A stretch of 64,000 nt of DNA from an uncultured Acidobacteriota bacterium (lineage in GTDB: Bacteria; Acidobacteriota; Vicinamibacteria; Vicinamibacterales; CAVVIG01). The stretch's first letter is position 1; the number at the start of each line of letters is the position of its first letter. This document shows, piece by piece, positions 1 through 7,890 of this stretch. The notes below the pieces were generated by a model, which saw only the letters and a list, made by a program, of their open reading frames with translations, made no database searches and was not told the origin of the DNA. The stretch lies in contig CAWBVG010000034.1 of the NCBI GenBank assembly GCA_963792175.1, forward strand, positions 85,830 to 149,829. Reading direction: 5' to 3'. The position numbers and the translations under genes are program-made.

Positions 1-2
1 AT

Positions 3-785
3 AGCCCGGATCGTCTGTCGCCGGCCACGATTGCGACGCAGCCGGGCCTGCTGATCGGCACGCCGGCGTACATGTCGCCCGAACAGATCAACGGCCAGCC
101 GGTGGACACTCGCGCCGATGTCTTCGCCTTCGGCGTGCTGCTGTACGAATACGCGTGCGGCGTGCACCCGTTTCTCGGATCGACGACGCTGGCGACGGTG
201 GCGCGAGTGCTCGAGAGCGATGCCCGCCCGATTGCCGCGCACTGCCCCGACATCTCGAGCGGCTTGGCGGACGTCATCTCCCGATGCCTCCGCAAGGCGC
301 CGGCCGAGCGGTATGGGTCGGCCGCCGAGATTGCCGCCGCGCTCGCAGCCATTGGCGAGGGCGCACCGGTGCACTCGGGCGCGACCATGTGGTGGCGCAC
401 CCATCAGATCGTCATCGCCGTCCTGTACATCGCGGCCGCGGTGCTGGCGTGGCAGATCAAGGAATGGATGGAGACGCCGGTGACGGTCTCGATTTTTCTC
501 GCGCTCGGCGCGTGTGCCACCATCGGCGGCGTGCTGCGCGGACACCTGGCGTTCACCGACTGGATGAACCGCGCGCACCTGGTGGCCGAGCGCAAGCGGA
601 CCGCCCACGCCACCCGATTGGTCGATCTGACGACGAGCGTCCTGCTCTTCGCGGACGCCGTGTTGATCGCGCAGCAGCAGGCGTTGCCGGCCGTTTTCTC
701 GCTCAGCCTGGCGCTCGGCATCGCGCTGGCCGCGCTGCTGCTGGAACCGGCGACCAACCGCGCGGCATTTGGGGACCAGGCATGA
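3..785 (+). CDS. Ser/Thr protein kinase, C-terminal part with membrane-spanning tail (5' truncated by window)
   Basis: Frame open from base 3: LIGTPAYMSPEQ...DTRADVFAFGVLLYE...RCLRKAPAERY (Hanks kinase subdomains VIII-XI), followed by about 4 hydrophobic helices. Confidence 0.9.
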   Translation, partial: SPDRLSPATIATQPGLLIGTPAYMSPEQINGQPVDTRADVFAFGVLLYEYACGVHPFLGSTTLATVARVLESDARPIAAHCPDISSGLADVISRCLRKAPAERYGSAAEIAAALAAIGEGAPVHSGATMWWRTHQIVIAVLYIAAAVLAWQIKEWMETPVTVSIFLALGACATIGGVLRGHLAFTDWMNRAHLVAERKRTAHATRLVDLTTSVLLFADAVLIAQQQALPAVFSLSLALGIALAALLLEPATNRAAFGDQA

Positions 786-1762
786 TCGCAATCGAGATTC
801 GTGAACCGGGCGGACCGGAAGTCCTCGTCCCCGTCGAGCGGCAGACGCCGGTCCCGGCGGCGGGGGAAGTGCTGATCAAAGTGGCAGCGGCCGGGGTCAA
901 CCGGCCCGATGTCTTTCAGCGGCTGGGACGGTATCCTCCGCCGCCAGGCGTCACCGACATTCCAGGTCTCGAGGTCTCGGGGATCATCACGGAAGTGGCG
1001 GGCGGCGCGGGAAGCTTCCGCGTCGGCGACGCCGTCTGCGCGCTGGTCGCCGGCGGCGGTTACGCGGAGTACTGCGTCGCGCCGGCGCCGCAGTGTCTGC
1101 CCGCGCCGCGCGGCCTCGAGCTGGTCGACGCGGCGGCGATTCCCGAAACATTCCTGACCGTCTGGACCAACGTGTTCGAGCGTGGCCGGCTGCAGGCTGG
1201 CGAGTCGATCCTGGTCCACGGCGGCTCCAGCGGGATCGGCACCACGGCGATTCAACTCGCGCGGTCGTTCGGGGCGCGTGTGTTCGCCACCGCCGGTTCG
1301 GCCGACAAGTGCGCCGCCTGCGAGCGGCTCGGGGCCGAACGCTGCATCAATTACCGCGACGCCGATTTCGTGGCGGTGGTCCGCGAGCTGACCGCGGGGC
1401 GTGGCGTGGATGTCGTTCTCGACATGGTTGGCGGCGCCTACTTCGCGCGCAACGTCGACGTGCTGGCCCCGGAAGGACGGCTCGTGGAGATCGCGACGCT
1501 CCAGGGCGCCAAGGCTGAACTGAACATCCAGACGATCATGCAGCGGCGCCTCACCATCACCGGCTCGACGCTGCGGGCGAGGCCGATCGCGGACAAAGGC
1601 GCCATCGCCGCGTCCGTGCATCGTCACGTCTGGCCGCTGATCGAGTCCGGTGCGGTCAAGCCGATCGTTTACGCCACGTTTCCTTTACGAGACGCGTCCG
1701 CAGCCCATCGGGTGATGGAATCGAGCGCGCACATCGGCAAGCTCGTGCTGCTGATCACGTAG
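782..1762 (+). CDS. NAD(P)H-quinone oxidoreductase, PIG3/zeta-crystallin (MDR) family
   Basis: ATG at 782 overlaps the kinase stop (ATGA); MIAIEIREPGGPEVL, AAGVNRPD, PGLEVSG, LVHGGSSGIG, HIGKLVL. Confidence 0.92.
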   Translation: MIAIEIREPGGPEVLVPVERQTPVPAAGEVLIKVAAAGVNRPDVFQRLGRYPPPPGVTDIPGLEVSGIITEVAGGAGSFRVGDAVCALVAGGGYAEYCVAPAPQCLPAPRGLELVDAAAIPETFLTVWTNVFERGRLQAGESILVHGGSSGIGTTAIQLARSFGARVFATAGSADKCAACERLGAERCINYRDADFVAVVRELTAGRGVDVVLDMVGGAYFARNVDVLAPEGRLVEIATLQGAKAELNIQTIMQRRLTITGSTLRARPIADKGAIAASVHRHVWPLIESGAVKPIVYATFPLRDASAAHRVMESSAHIGKLVLLIT

Positions 1763-1885
1763 AACGCAGAGTCCGCAGGGCACGCAGAGCAAACAAGAAT
1801 CTCGGGCTCGCTCGGCGTGGTCGTCCACAGGTCCGCCGAGCACACTGGAAAACCGGTCTCTGCGAGCTCTGCGAGCTCCGCGTTC
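1762..1885. repeat. Inverted nonamer-array element (CGCAGAG / CTCTGCG type)
   Basis: aacgcagag-tccgcaggg-cacgcagag at 1763-1789 is complementary to ctctgcgag-ctctgcgag-ctccgcgtt at 1858-1884; internal hairpin gctcggcg...cgccgagc. Confidence 0.75.
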
Positions 1886-1906
1886 CTTGTGTACAATCAG
1901 TCGGTT

Positions 1907-2263
1907 ATGGACAACATCACGAGCCTGCAGATCACCGACAGCAAGGTCGGCACCGGCGCGGAGGCGAAGAGCGGCCGTCAAGTCACCGTGCACTACACCG
2001 GGTGGCTGTACGACGCGAAGGCCGCCGATAAACACGGCAAGAAGTTCGACAGCTCGAAGGACCATGGCGAGCCGTTCTCGTTCAAGCTGGGGGGCGGGCA
2101 GGTCATTCGCGGCTGGGACCAGGGCGTGGCCGGGATGAAAGTCGGCGGCACGCGCACGCTCGTCATTCCGTCCGAGCTCGGATACGGCCAGCGCGGCGCC
2201 GGCGGCGCGATTCCGCCCAACGCGACGCTGCTGTTCGACGTCGAGCTGCTCGAAGTGAAGTAA
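1907..2263 (+). CDS. FKBP-type peptidyl-prolyl cis-trans isomerase
   Basis: VTVHYTGWL, KFDSS, VIRGWDQGVAGMKVGGTRTLVIPSELGYG, IPPNATLLFDVELL; ATG 1907 follows TACAAT at 1892-1897. Confidence 0.95.
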   Translation: MDNITSLQITDSKVGTGAEAKSGRQVTVHYTGWLYDAKAADKHGKKFDSSKDHGEPFSFKLGGGQVIRGWDQGVAGMKVGGTRTLVIPSELGYGQRGAGGAIPPNATLLFDVELLEVK

Positions 2264-2270
2264 GGCGATG

Positions 2271-2324
2271 GACACAGAGGTCGTCAGAGGTCACAAAGTG
2301 TTCGGTCGTCTGCGACTCTGCGTC
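2271..2324. repeat. Degenerate inverted nonamer element
   Basis: gacacagag (2271) ... ctctgcgtc (2316-2324) with further cagag/ctgcg units between. Confidence 0.5.
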
Positions 2325-2334
2325 AGCGTTGCTT

Positions 2335-3312
2335 ATGGAATACGTTCGCCTCGGCAACACCGGTCTGAAGGTCTCGCGCATCTGTCTCGGGACGATGACC
2401 TATGGCACGCCGGAGTGGCGGCCGTGGATCCTCGACGAGGCCGCCAGCCGCCCGTTCTTCGTGCGTGCGCTCGAGCACGGCATCAACTTCTTCGACACCG
2501 CTGACATGTACTCGCGCGGCGTCAGCGAAGAGGTCGTCGGGCGAGCGCTCCACGAGCTGGCCGGCCGCGATCAGGTGGTCATCGCCACGAAGGCGTTCTA
2601 TCCGCTGCGCGACGGCCCCAACCAGCGCGGTCTGTCGCGCAAGCATCTCTTCACCGCCATCGACGACTCGCTGCGCCGGCTCGGCACCGATTACGTGGAC
2701 CTCTACCAGATCCATCGCTTCGATGACGACACGCCAATCGAAGAAACCCTCGAAGCGCTTCACGACATCGTCAAGGCGGGCAAGGCCCGCTATATCGGCG
2801 CGTCGAGCATGCACGCCTGGCAGTTTGCGACGATGCTGCACGTGGCCGAGGCGCGCGGGTGGACGCGGTTCGTGTCGATGCAGAACCACTACAACCTGGT
2901 CTACCGGGAGGAAGAGCGCGAGATGATGCCGCTGTGCCGCGCGGAGGGGATCGGCGTCATTCCGTGGAGCCCGCTGGCCCGCGGCTTTCTGGCGGGCAAC
3001 CGGCGTTCCGCCCGCGGCGGCGACACGGTGCGCGCGAAGACCGACGACATCGCCCACGAGTACTATGGCGAGTCGGACGTCGCGATCGCCGATCGGACGG
3101 CCGACCTCGCGAAGCGCCGCGGCGTCACGCCGGCGCAGGTGGCGCTGGCCTGGCTGCTCGCCAAGCCGGGCGTCACCGCGCCGATCGTCGGCGCGTCGAA
3201 GCTGACGCAGCTCGACGAGGCGGTGGCGGCGATCGAGCTCCGCCTCGACGCCGGCGAGATGACGTTCCTCGAGGAGCTCTACCAGCCGCACCGGATCATC
3301 GGCCACTCGTGA
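2335..3312 (+). CDS. Aldo/keto reductase (YajO-like)
   Basis: LGNTGLKVSRICLGTMT, FFDTADMYSRG, DYVDLYQIHRFD, MQNHYNL, PWSPLARG. Confidence 0.93.
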   Translation: MEYVRLGNTGLKVSRICLGTMTYGTPEWRPWILDEAASRPFFVRALEHGINFFDTADMYSRGVSEEVVGRALHELAGRDQVVIATKAFYPLRDGPNQRGLSRKHLFTAIDDSLRRLGTDYVDLYQIHRFDDDTPIEETLEALHDIVKAGKARYIGASSMHAWQFATMLHVAEARGWTRFVSMQNHYNLVYREEEREMMPLCRAEGIGVIPWSPLARGFLAGNRRSARGGDTVRAKTDDIAHEYYGESDVAIADRTADLAKRRGVTPAQVALAWLLAKPGVTAPIVGASKLTQLDEAVAAIELRLDAGEMTFLEELYQPHRIIGHS

Positions 3313-4977
3313 TCTCGCGCGCCTCCTTCGTCGCGCTTCAGCATCGCAATTTCCGGCTGATCTGGATCGGGCTGATGGTGTCGTTCACCGGCTCGATGAT
3401 GCAGAACGCGGCGCTGCTCTGGCACGTCTCGCTGCTGGTGCCGCCGGAACGGAAAGGGCTCGCGCTGGGGACGGTCGGGCCTGGTGCGATTCGTGCCGAT
3501 CGTCGTGTTCTCGCTGATCAGCGGCGTCGTCGCCGATGCGTGGGATCGCCGGCGTCTGATGCTGTTCACGCAGGTCGCGGCGACCATCGTCGCGGCGGCG
3601 CTGGCCGTGCTGGCGTTCCAGGGTGTGACGAACGTGCTGCCGATCTATGCCCTGGCGGCGCTCGGCGCCGCGGTCGGCGCGTTCGACCTGCCGGCGCGCA
3701 ACGCGCTGGTGCCGTCGCTGGTGCCGCGCGAGCACCTGCCCAACGCGATCAGCCTCAACACGATCATGTTCCAGACCGCGTCGGTGGTCGGCCCGTCGCT
3801 CGGCGGAATCCTGATCGCTGCCGCAGGAGTCGGCTGGGTGTACGTCGCCAACGCGATCTCGTTTGCCTTCGTCATCGTCGCGCTGCTGATGATGCGCGAC
3901 GTGCCGGCGCGCCAGCCGTCGGCGCCGGGCGTGAGAGACGATGTGTCGCTGCACGCCGCGCTCGAAGGCCTGCGCTTCGTCTTCCGATCGCCGCTGATCC
4001 GATCGACGATGCTGCTCGATTTCTTCGCGACGTTCTTTTCGTCGGCCACCGCGCTGCTGCCGATCTTCGCGCAGGACATCCTCCAGGTCGGCGCGAAGGG
4101 CTACGGGTGGCTGTACGCGGCGCCGGCGACCGGCGCGCTCCTGACCAGCGGCGTCATGGTGCCGATGATCGATCGCATCGAGCGGCGCGGCGTGGTGCTG
4201 CTGTGGGCGGTGGCCGGCTACGGGCTGGCCACGGTCGTCTTCGGTCTGTCCCGATCGTTCTGGCTGACGTTCTTCTGCCTCGCGCTGACTGGCGCGACGG
4301 ACACGGTGAGCATGGTCATTCGCAACATCGTCCGGCAGCTGGAGACGCCGGATCGACTGCGCGGCCGGATGACCGGCGTGAACATGGTGTTCTTCAACGG
4401 CGGCCCGCAGCTTGGAGAGCTGGAGGCGGGCGCGGTGGCGAACTGGTTCGGCGCGCCGATCTCGGTGATCACCGGCGGCATCGGTTGCCTGCTTGCGACA
4501 GGCTGGATCTCAGCGACGACGCCCGCGTTGCGGCATTACAGACGGGAATCGGGTGTCGGGAGTCGGGATTCGGAAGTCGGGAATCGTGGGTCGGGCGTCG
4601 GAGTCGGGATTCGGAAGTCGGGAATCGTGGGTCGGGCGTCGGGAGTCGGGATCGGGATCGGGAGTCGGGATTCGGGAGTCGGAGTCTCGAGTCGGCCGTC
4701 GGGAATCGGGAATCGGCCGCCGGGAGCGGTGTGGGAAATACTGCCAGGCAGGCCGCCGACGAAGCGCGCAAAAAGTAGGTACAAAACCAGACAACGAGAG
4801 AGATTGGGCCAGTTTTCTGGCGGCTCATTTCGTGCGTGCCCGCGAAGGGCATGTCGAGCATCCGGAGTTATCGCGATCTCGAGGCGTGGCAGTTGGCAAT
4901 GGATCTCGCCGATCTCGTTTACACGATCACGGATAAGTTCCCGAGATCCGAGCGGTTTGGATTGGTCTTTCAGATGA
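3309..4977 (+). CDS. MFS transporter (MFS_3/EntS-like); frameshift near 3480; 3' end uncertain because the frame runs through the heptamer array
   Basis: GTG 3309 overlaps AKR stop; ALQHRNFRLIWIG, GVVADAWDRRRLM, ETPDRLRGR; transporter-like sequence ends about 4540, first in-frame stop 4977. Confidence 0.8.
4543..4727 (+). repeat. Tandem heptamer array, consensus CGGGA(G/A/T)T, about 27 units
   Basis: cgggaat cgggtgt cgggagt cgggatt cggaagt cgggaat cgtgggt cgggcgt ...; contains a duplicated six-unit block. Confidence 0.95.
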
Positions 4978-5240
4978 GAAAAGCGTGCGTCTCGATACCT
5001 TCAAACATCGCCGAAGGATCGAGACACCGCACGCCTGGCTATATCAGCCGCGTGATCATCGCGTTGGGCGAGCACGCCGAGTTAGAGACGCAAGCCCTGA
5101 TCAGTCAACGACGGAAATACATCGACGAGCGGGATATGGCAGCGTTCAATGAGCTTTCAACGAGAGTCGGTCAGGTCACTCATGGACTGTTGCGATCGCT
5201 GCAGCCAACAAGCGAAGGCCGGCTAAAGACTGACGACTGA
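4851..5240 (+). CDS. Four helix bundle protein (23S rRNA IVS-protein / Avd-like family)
   Basis: SYRDLEAWQLAMDL..VY..T..FPRSERFGLVFQMRKACVSIPSNIAEG...ELETQ family signature; more AT-rich than neighbours. Confidence 0.93.
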   Translation: MSSIRSYRDLEAWQLAMDLADLVYTITDKFPRSERFGLVFQMRKACVSIPSNIAEGSRHRTPGYISRVIIALGEHAELETQALISQRRKYIDERDMAAFNELSTRVGQVTHGLLRSLQPTSEGRLKTDD

Positions 5241-5301
5241 CGAATCTCGACTGACGATCCCGATCCGAATCCCGAATCCCGATCCCGAATCCCGAATCCC
5301 G
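5228..5301 (-). repeat. Tandem heptamer array (GACTGAC x3, then GAATCCC/GATCCC x7), complementary to the 4543-4727 array
   Basis: gaatccc-g is the reverse complement of cgggattc units upstream of the four helix bundle gene. Confidence 0.9.
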
Positions 5302-5307
5302 GCACCA

Positions 5308-6447
5308 TCACCTGAGCCGGCGATCGGCGACCAGGAAGTAGGGGAGAGCGACCGCCGACAGCATCGCCGCCGTCCCGAACGCGGTCGCGAAGCCGTAGCG
5401 CTCGATCAGCCAGCCGACCGACGTCGATCCCGTGCCGACGCCGGTGTCGAACGCCGCCAGAATCGCGCCGAACGCCGCGCCGCGGCGCGCCGCGGTGACG
5501 TCGCGCAGCACGTACGCGACGAACGCCGGGTAGGCATTGCCAAACCCCAGGCCGAAGACGATCGCCGACACGACGAGCGACGCGCGTGTCCCGACGATCG
5601 AGAGCAGCGCAAGGCCGCAGCCGATCAGCACCAGGCTGGGGATGAAGATGCGACGATAGCCGATGCGGTCGCCGAGCAGGCCGGACAGCGGTCGCGTGAA
5701 CAGGATGACGACCGCGAGCACCGTGAGATACAGGCTCTTGGGCGTGACGCCGATCGCATCGGCGTAGATCGCGCTGAAGCTGGTGATGGCGCCGTAGCCG
5801 AACGAATAGAGGAAGAGCGTCAGCGACAGGACGAGCACCCGCCACTCAATCAACGGCGTTGGTGAATGCGAGGCGTGGTGCGCGGGTGATTGGTCGGGGT
5901 CCAGGTTCCATGCGATCGCGCCCATCAGCACGTTGAGGGCGCCGCACGAGATGCAGATCCACCGCCAGCCGCCGCGCTCGAGCAGCCAGAACGCGATCGG
6001 CGGCGCCACCGCGATGGCCGCGACGCTCGACAGCCCCCAGTAGGCGATCCCTTCGGCACGGCGCCGGTCGGGCAGGAGGCCGGTCAAGTAGGCGGCGGAC
6101 GCCGAGAGCAGCGCCGACCAGAACACGCCGTGCACGACGACCAGCGCCAGCATCAGGCGATAGCTGGACGTCAGCGCGTAGGCGATGGCGCACAGGAGGA
6201 TGACGCTGCTCGCGATCACGAGCGTCCGACGGCGGCCGATGCGGTCGCTGAGGGCGCCGGTCAGCGGCGCCGAAAACGCGGACGCGTAGGTGAGAAACCC
6301 GAGAAAGAGTCCGGACGCGAAGGTGCTGCCGCCCAATTCGTGGATGCGGAAAGGCGCCGTCGGCAGCAGCTGGAACGCCGACAGGAAGACCGTGAACGTA
6401 AAGCCGCACATCACGAAGAAGCGCGGCGAGAACAGCCGGTCCGCCAT
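5308..6447 (-). CDS. MFS transporter
   Basis: About 12 hydrophobic segments; GALSDRIGRRR and GLLGDRIGYRR MFS motif A repeats. Confidence 0.9.
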   Translation of the reverse strand: MADRLFSPRFFVMCGFTFTVFLSAFQLLPTAPFRIHELGGSTFASGLFLGFLTYASAFSAPLTGALSDRIGRRRTLVIASSVILLCAIAYALTSSYRLMLALVVVHGVFWSALLSASAAYLTGLLPDRRRAEGIAYWGLSSVAAIAVAPPIAFWLLERGGWRWICISCGALNVLMGAIAWNLDPDQSPAHHASHSPTPLIEWRVLVLSLTLFLYSFGYGAITSFSAIYADAIGVTPKSLYLTVLAVVILFTRPLSGLLGDRIGYRRIFIPSLVLIGCGLALLSIVGTRASLVVSAIVFGLGFGNAYPAFVAYVLRDVTAARRGAAFGAILAAFDTGVGTGSTSVGWLIERYGFATAFGTAAMLSAVALPYFLVADRRLR

Positions 6448-6450
6448 CAA

Positions 6451-7233
6451 CTACTTCGCGGGCGTGAACTCGACGGTGATCTCCCGATCGAGGTTGATCT
6501 TGAGGCCGGCCGCGGCCCTCACGGCGGCTTTCGCCTCGTCCTGGGTGGTCGCCGCCTTCAGGCGCGCGATCAGCGTCTCGTCCTTGAGGACCTCGTCGAG
6601 GTCGACTTCGAGCAGCGTCACCCGTCCGCCGTCGACGAACGGGCTGCTGGTGCGCACCAGCGTGCCTTCGGGCTCGACGGCCAGCAGCACGCGGGCGCCG
6701 CCGAGCAGCGTCTTGATCATCGGAATCTGCGAGGCCGCGCCTTTCGCCCCCAGCGCGTCGAGGAAGTTGGGTTCCGGGACGTGGATGTGCAGCACGGTGT
6801 TGCCGTTCGGATTCTGCGTGATCGAGAACGTGACCGTCTCGGCGTCGCCTTTCAGCGCCGGCGTGTTGATCGGCAGCCCCGGCGGCGCGGCCGGTTGAGT
6901 CGACACGCGCAGCTGAGCGACGTCGCTGAACGCGTAGGTCGCGTCGCGTCCCTGACCCGCGGGCGTGCTGATCGGCGTCGATGTGACGTAGGTGACGCCC
7001 GGACCGATCGCGCTGGCGAGCGCGCGCGCCTGATCCTCGGAGGCCGGATCGATCTGCGGTCCGCGGCCGCCGCCGAGCGATCGCATCTGCGACAGCGCCC
7101 GCGGCGAATACACCATGCGGTGATCGATCGCGCCGCTGCCGTCGGCCTTGACCTTGAGGACGGTGGTCATCTGAAAACAGCCGGCGCAGGCGAACGCGCC
7201 GACCAGCGGAAGGAGCCGCCCGGGAAGCTGCAT
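6451..7233 (-). CDS. Hypothetical lipoprotein
   Basis: MQLPGRLLPLVGAFACAGC lipobox followed by TTVLKVKADGSG; abuts downstream MFS gene. Confidence 0.7.
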   Translation of the reverse strand: MQLPGRLLPLVGAFACAGCFQMTTVLKVKADGSGAIDHRMVYSPRALSQMRSLGGGRGPQIDPASEDQARALASAIGPGVTYVTSTPISTPAGQGRDATYAFSDVAQLRVSTQPAAPPGLPINTPALKGDAETVTFSITQNPNGNTVLHIHVPEPNFLDALGAKGAASQIPMIKTLLGGARVLLAVEPEGTLVRTSSPFVDGGRVTLLEVDLDEVLKDETLIARLKAATTQDEAKAAVRAAAGLKINLDREITVEFTPAK

Positions 7234-7288
7234 CGAAAGACGATGACACATCTCCCGCGGGCGGCGAAGCAATACTTCGCGACGTGCG

Positions 7289-7798
7289 TCAGCGCTTCGT
7301 GCCGACGGTTTCTCGGCCCAGCGTCTCCGCCCGATCGGGACGGTCGAAGCTCGCATCCCACCAGCCCGGATATCGGTAGTGGGCGTGCTCGTAGCGGGAC
7401 GGCGAGGCGATGTCGATCGTCGCGTCGATACAGCACACGCCGAACATCTGATCGTCCATCATCTTCAGTTCGTCTTCCGTCAGCTTCTTGAACTCGCCGC
7501 GATCGAATCCCGGAAACTCGTTCACCCGATCGCGTGTCAGGTCCGCCACGAGGCTGGTCTCGGTGGGCGCCATCCCGACGTGGCCGATCGGCAGCAGAAA
7601 GAACTTCGACTTGAACCAGCCGCCCGCATTGACCGCCACGTAGTACGGCTGCCCCGACGATTTGTCGATGATGAAGCCGTCCACTTTCCCCAGCTTCTCG
7701 GTATCAAGGCCCTTTACTTCCATGCCGTCGAAATGGAACTCCGAATTGTCGAGGTCGCTGGCGTCGACGTACCGCAACCCTGGTCTGGGATGATCCAT
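7289..7798 (-). CDS. PRC-barrel domain protein
   Basis: GGAGG RBS then MDHPRPGLRY; EKLGKVDGFIIDKSSGQPYYVAVNAGGWFKSKFFLLPIGHV PRC-barrel pattern. Confidence 0.85.
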   Translation of the reverse strand: MDHPRPGLRYVDASDLDNSEFHFDGMEVKGLDTEKLGKVDGFIIDKSSGQPYYVAVNAGGWFKSKFFLLPIGHVGMAPTETSLVADLTRDRVNEFPGFDRGEFKKLTEDELKMMDDQMFGVCCIDATIDIASPSRYEHAHYRYPGWWDASFDRPDRAETLGRETVGTKR

Positions 7799-7823
7799 AG
7801 CTACGCCTCCTGACTGCGACGGG

Positions 7824-7839
7824 AGCAAGAAACACGCCC
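7824..7839 (-). promoter_or_regulatory. Putative sigma54 (-24/-12) promoter
   Basis: Minus strand GGGCGTGTTTCTTGCT = GG-N10-GC with TTGC, 26 nt upstream of the PRC-barrel ATG. Confidence 0.65.
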
Positions 7840-7878
7840 GGCCGGCACGACGCCTTAAGCGATGAGCTGACGATCAGC

Positions 7879-7884
7879 TATGAT
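7879..7884 (+). promoter_or_regulatory. -10 box of putative leaderless promoter
   Basis: TATGAT, 6 nt, ATG 7891; no SD. Confidence 0.6.
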
Positions 7885-7890
7885 TCCCTG

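Noticed and set aside
4543-4727. Repeat arrays as CRISPR
   Set aside because: Units are 7 nt, tandem, without unique spacers; no cas genes
4851-5240. Diversity-generating retroelement (Avd-like gene)
   Set aside because: No reverse transcriptase and no template/variable repeat pair seen in the window
4851-5240. 23S rRNA intervening sequence
   Set aside because: Flanks are MFS genes; no rRNA sequence present
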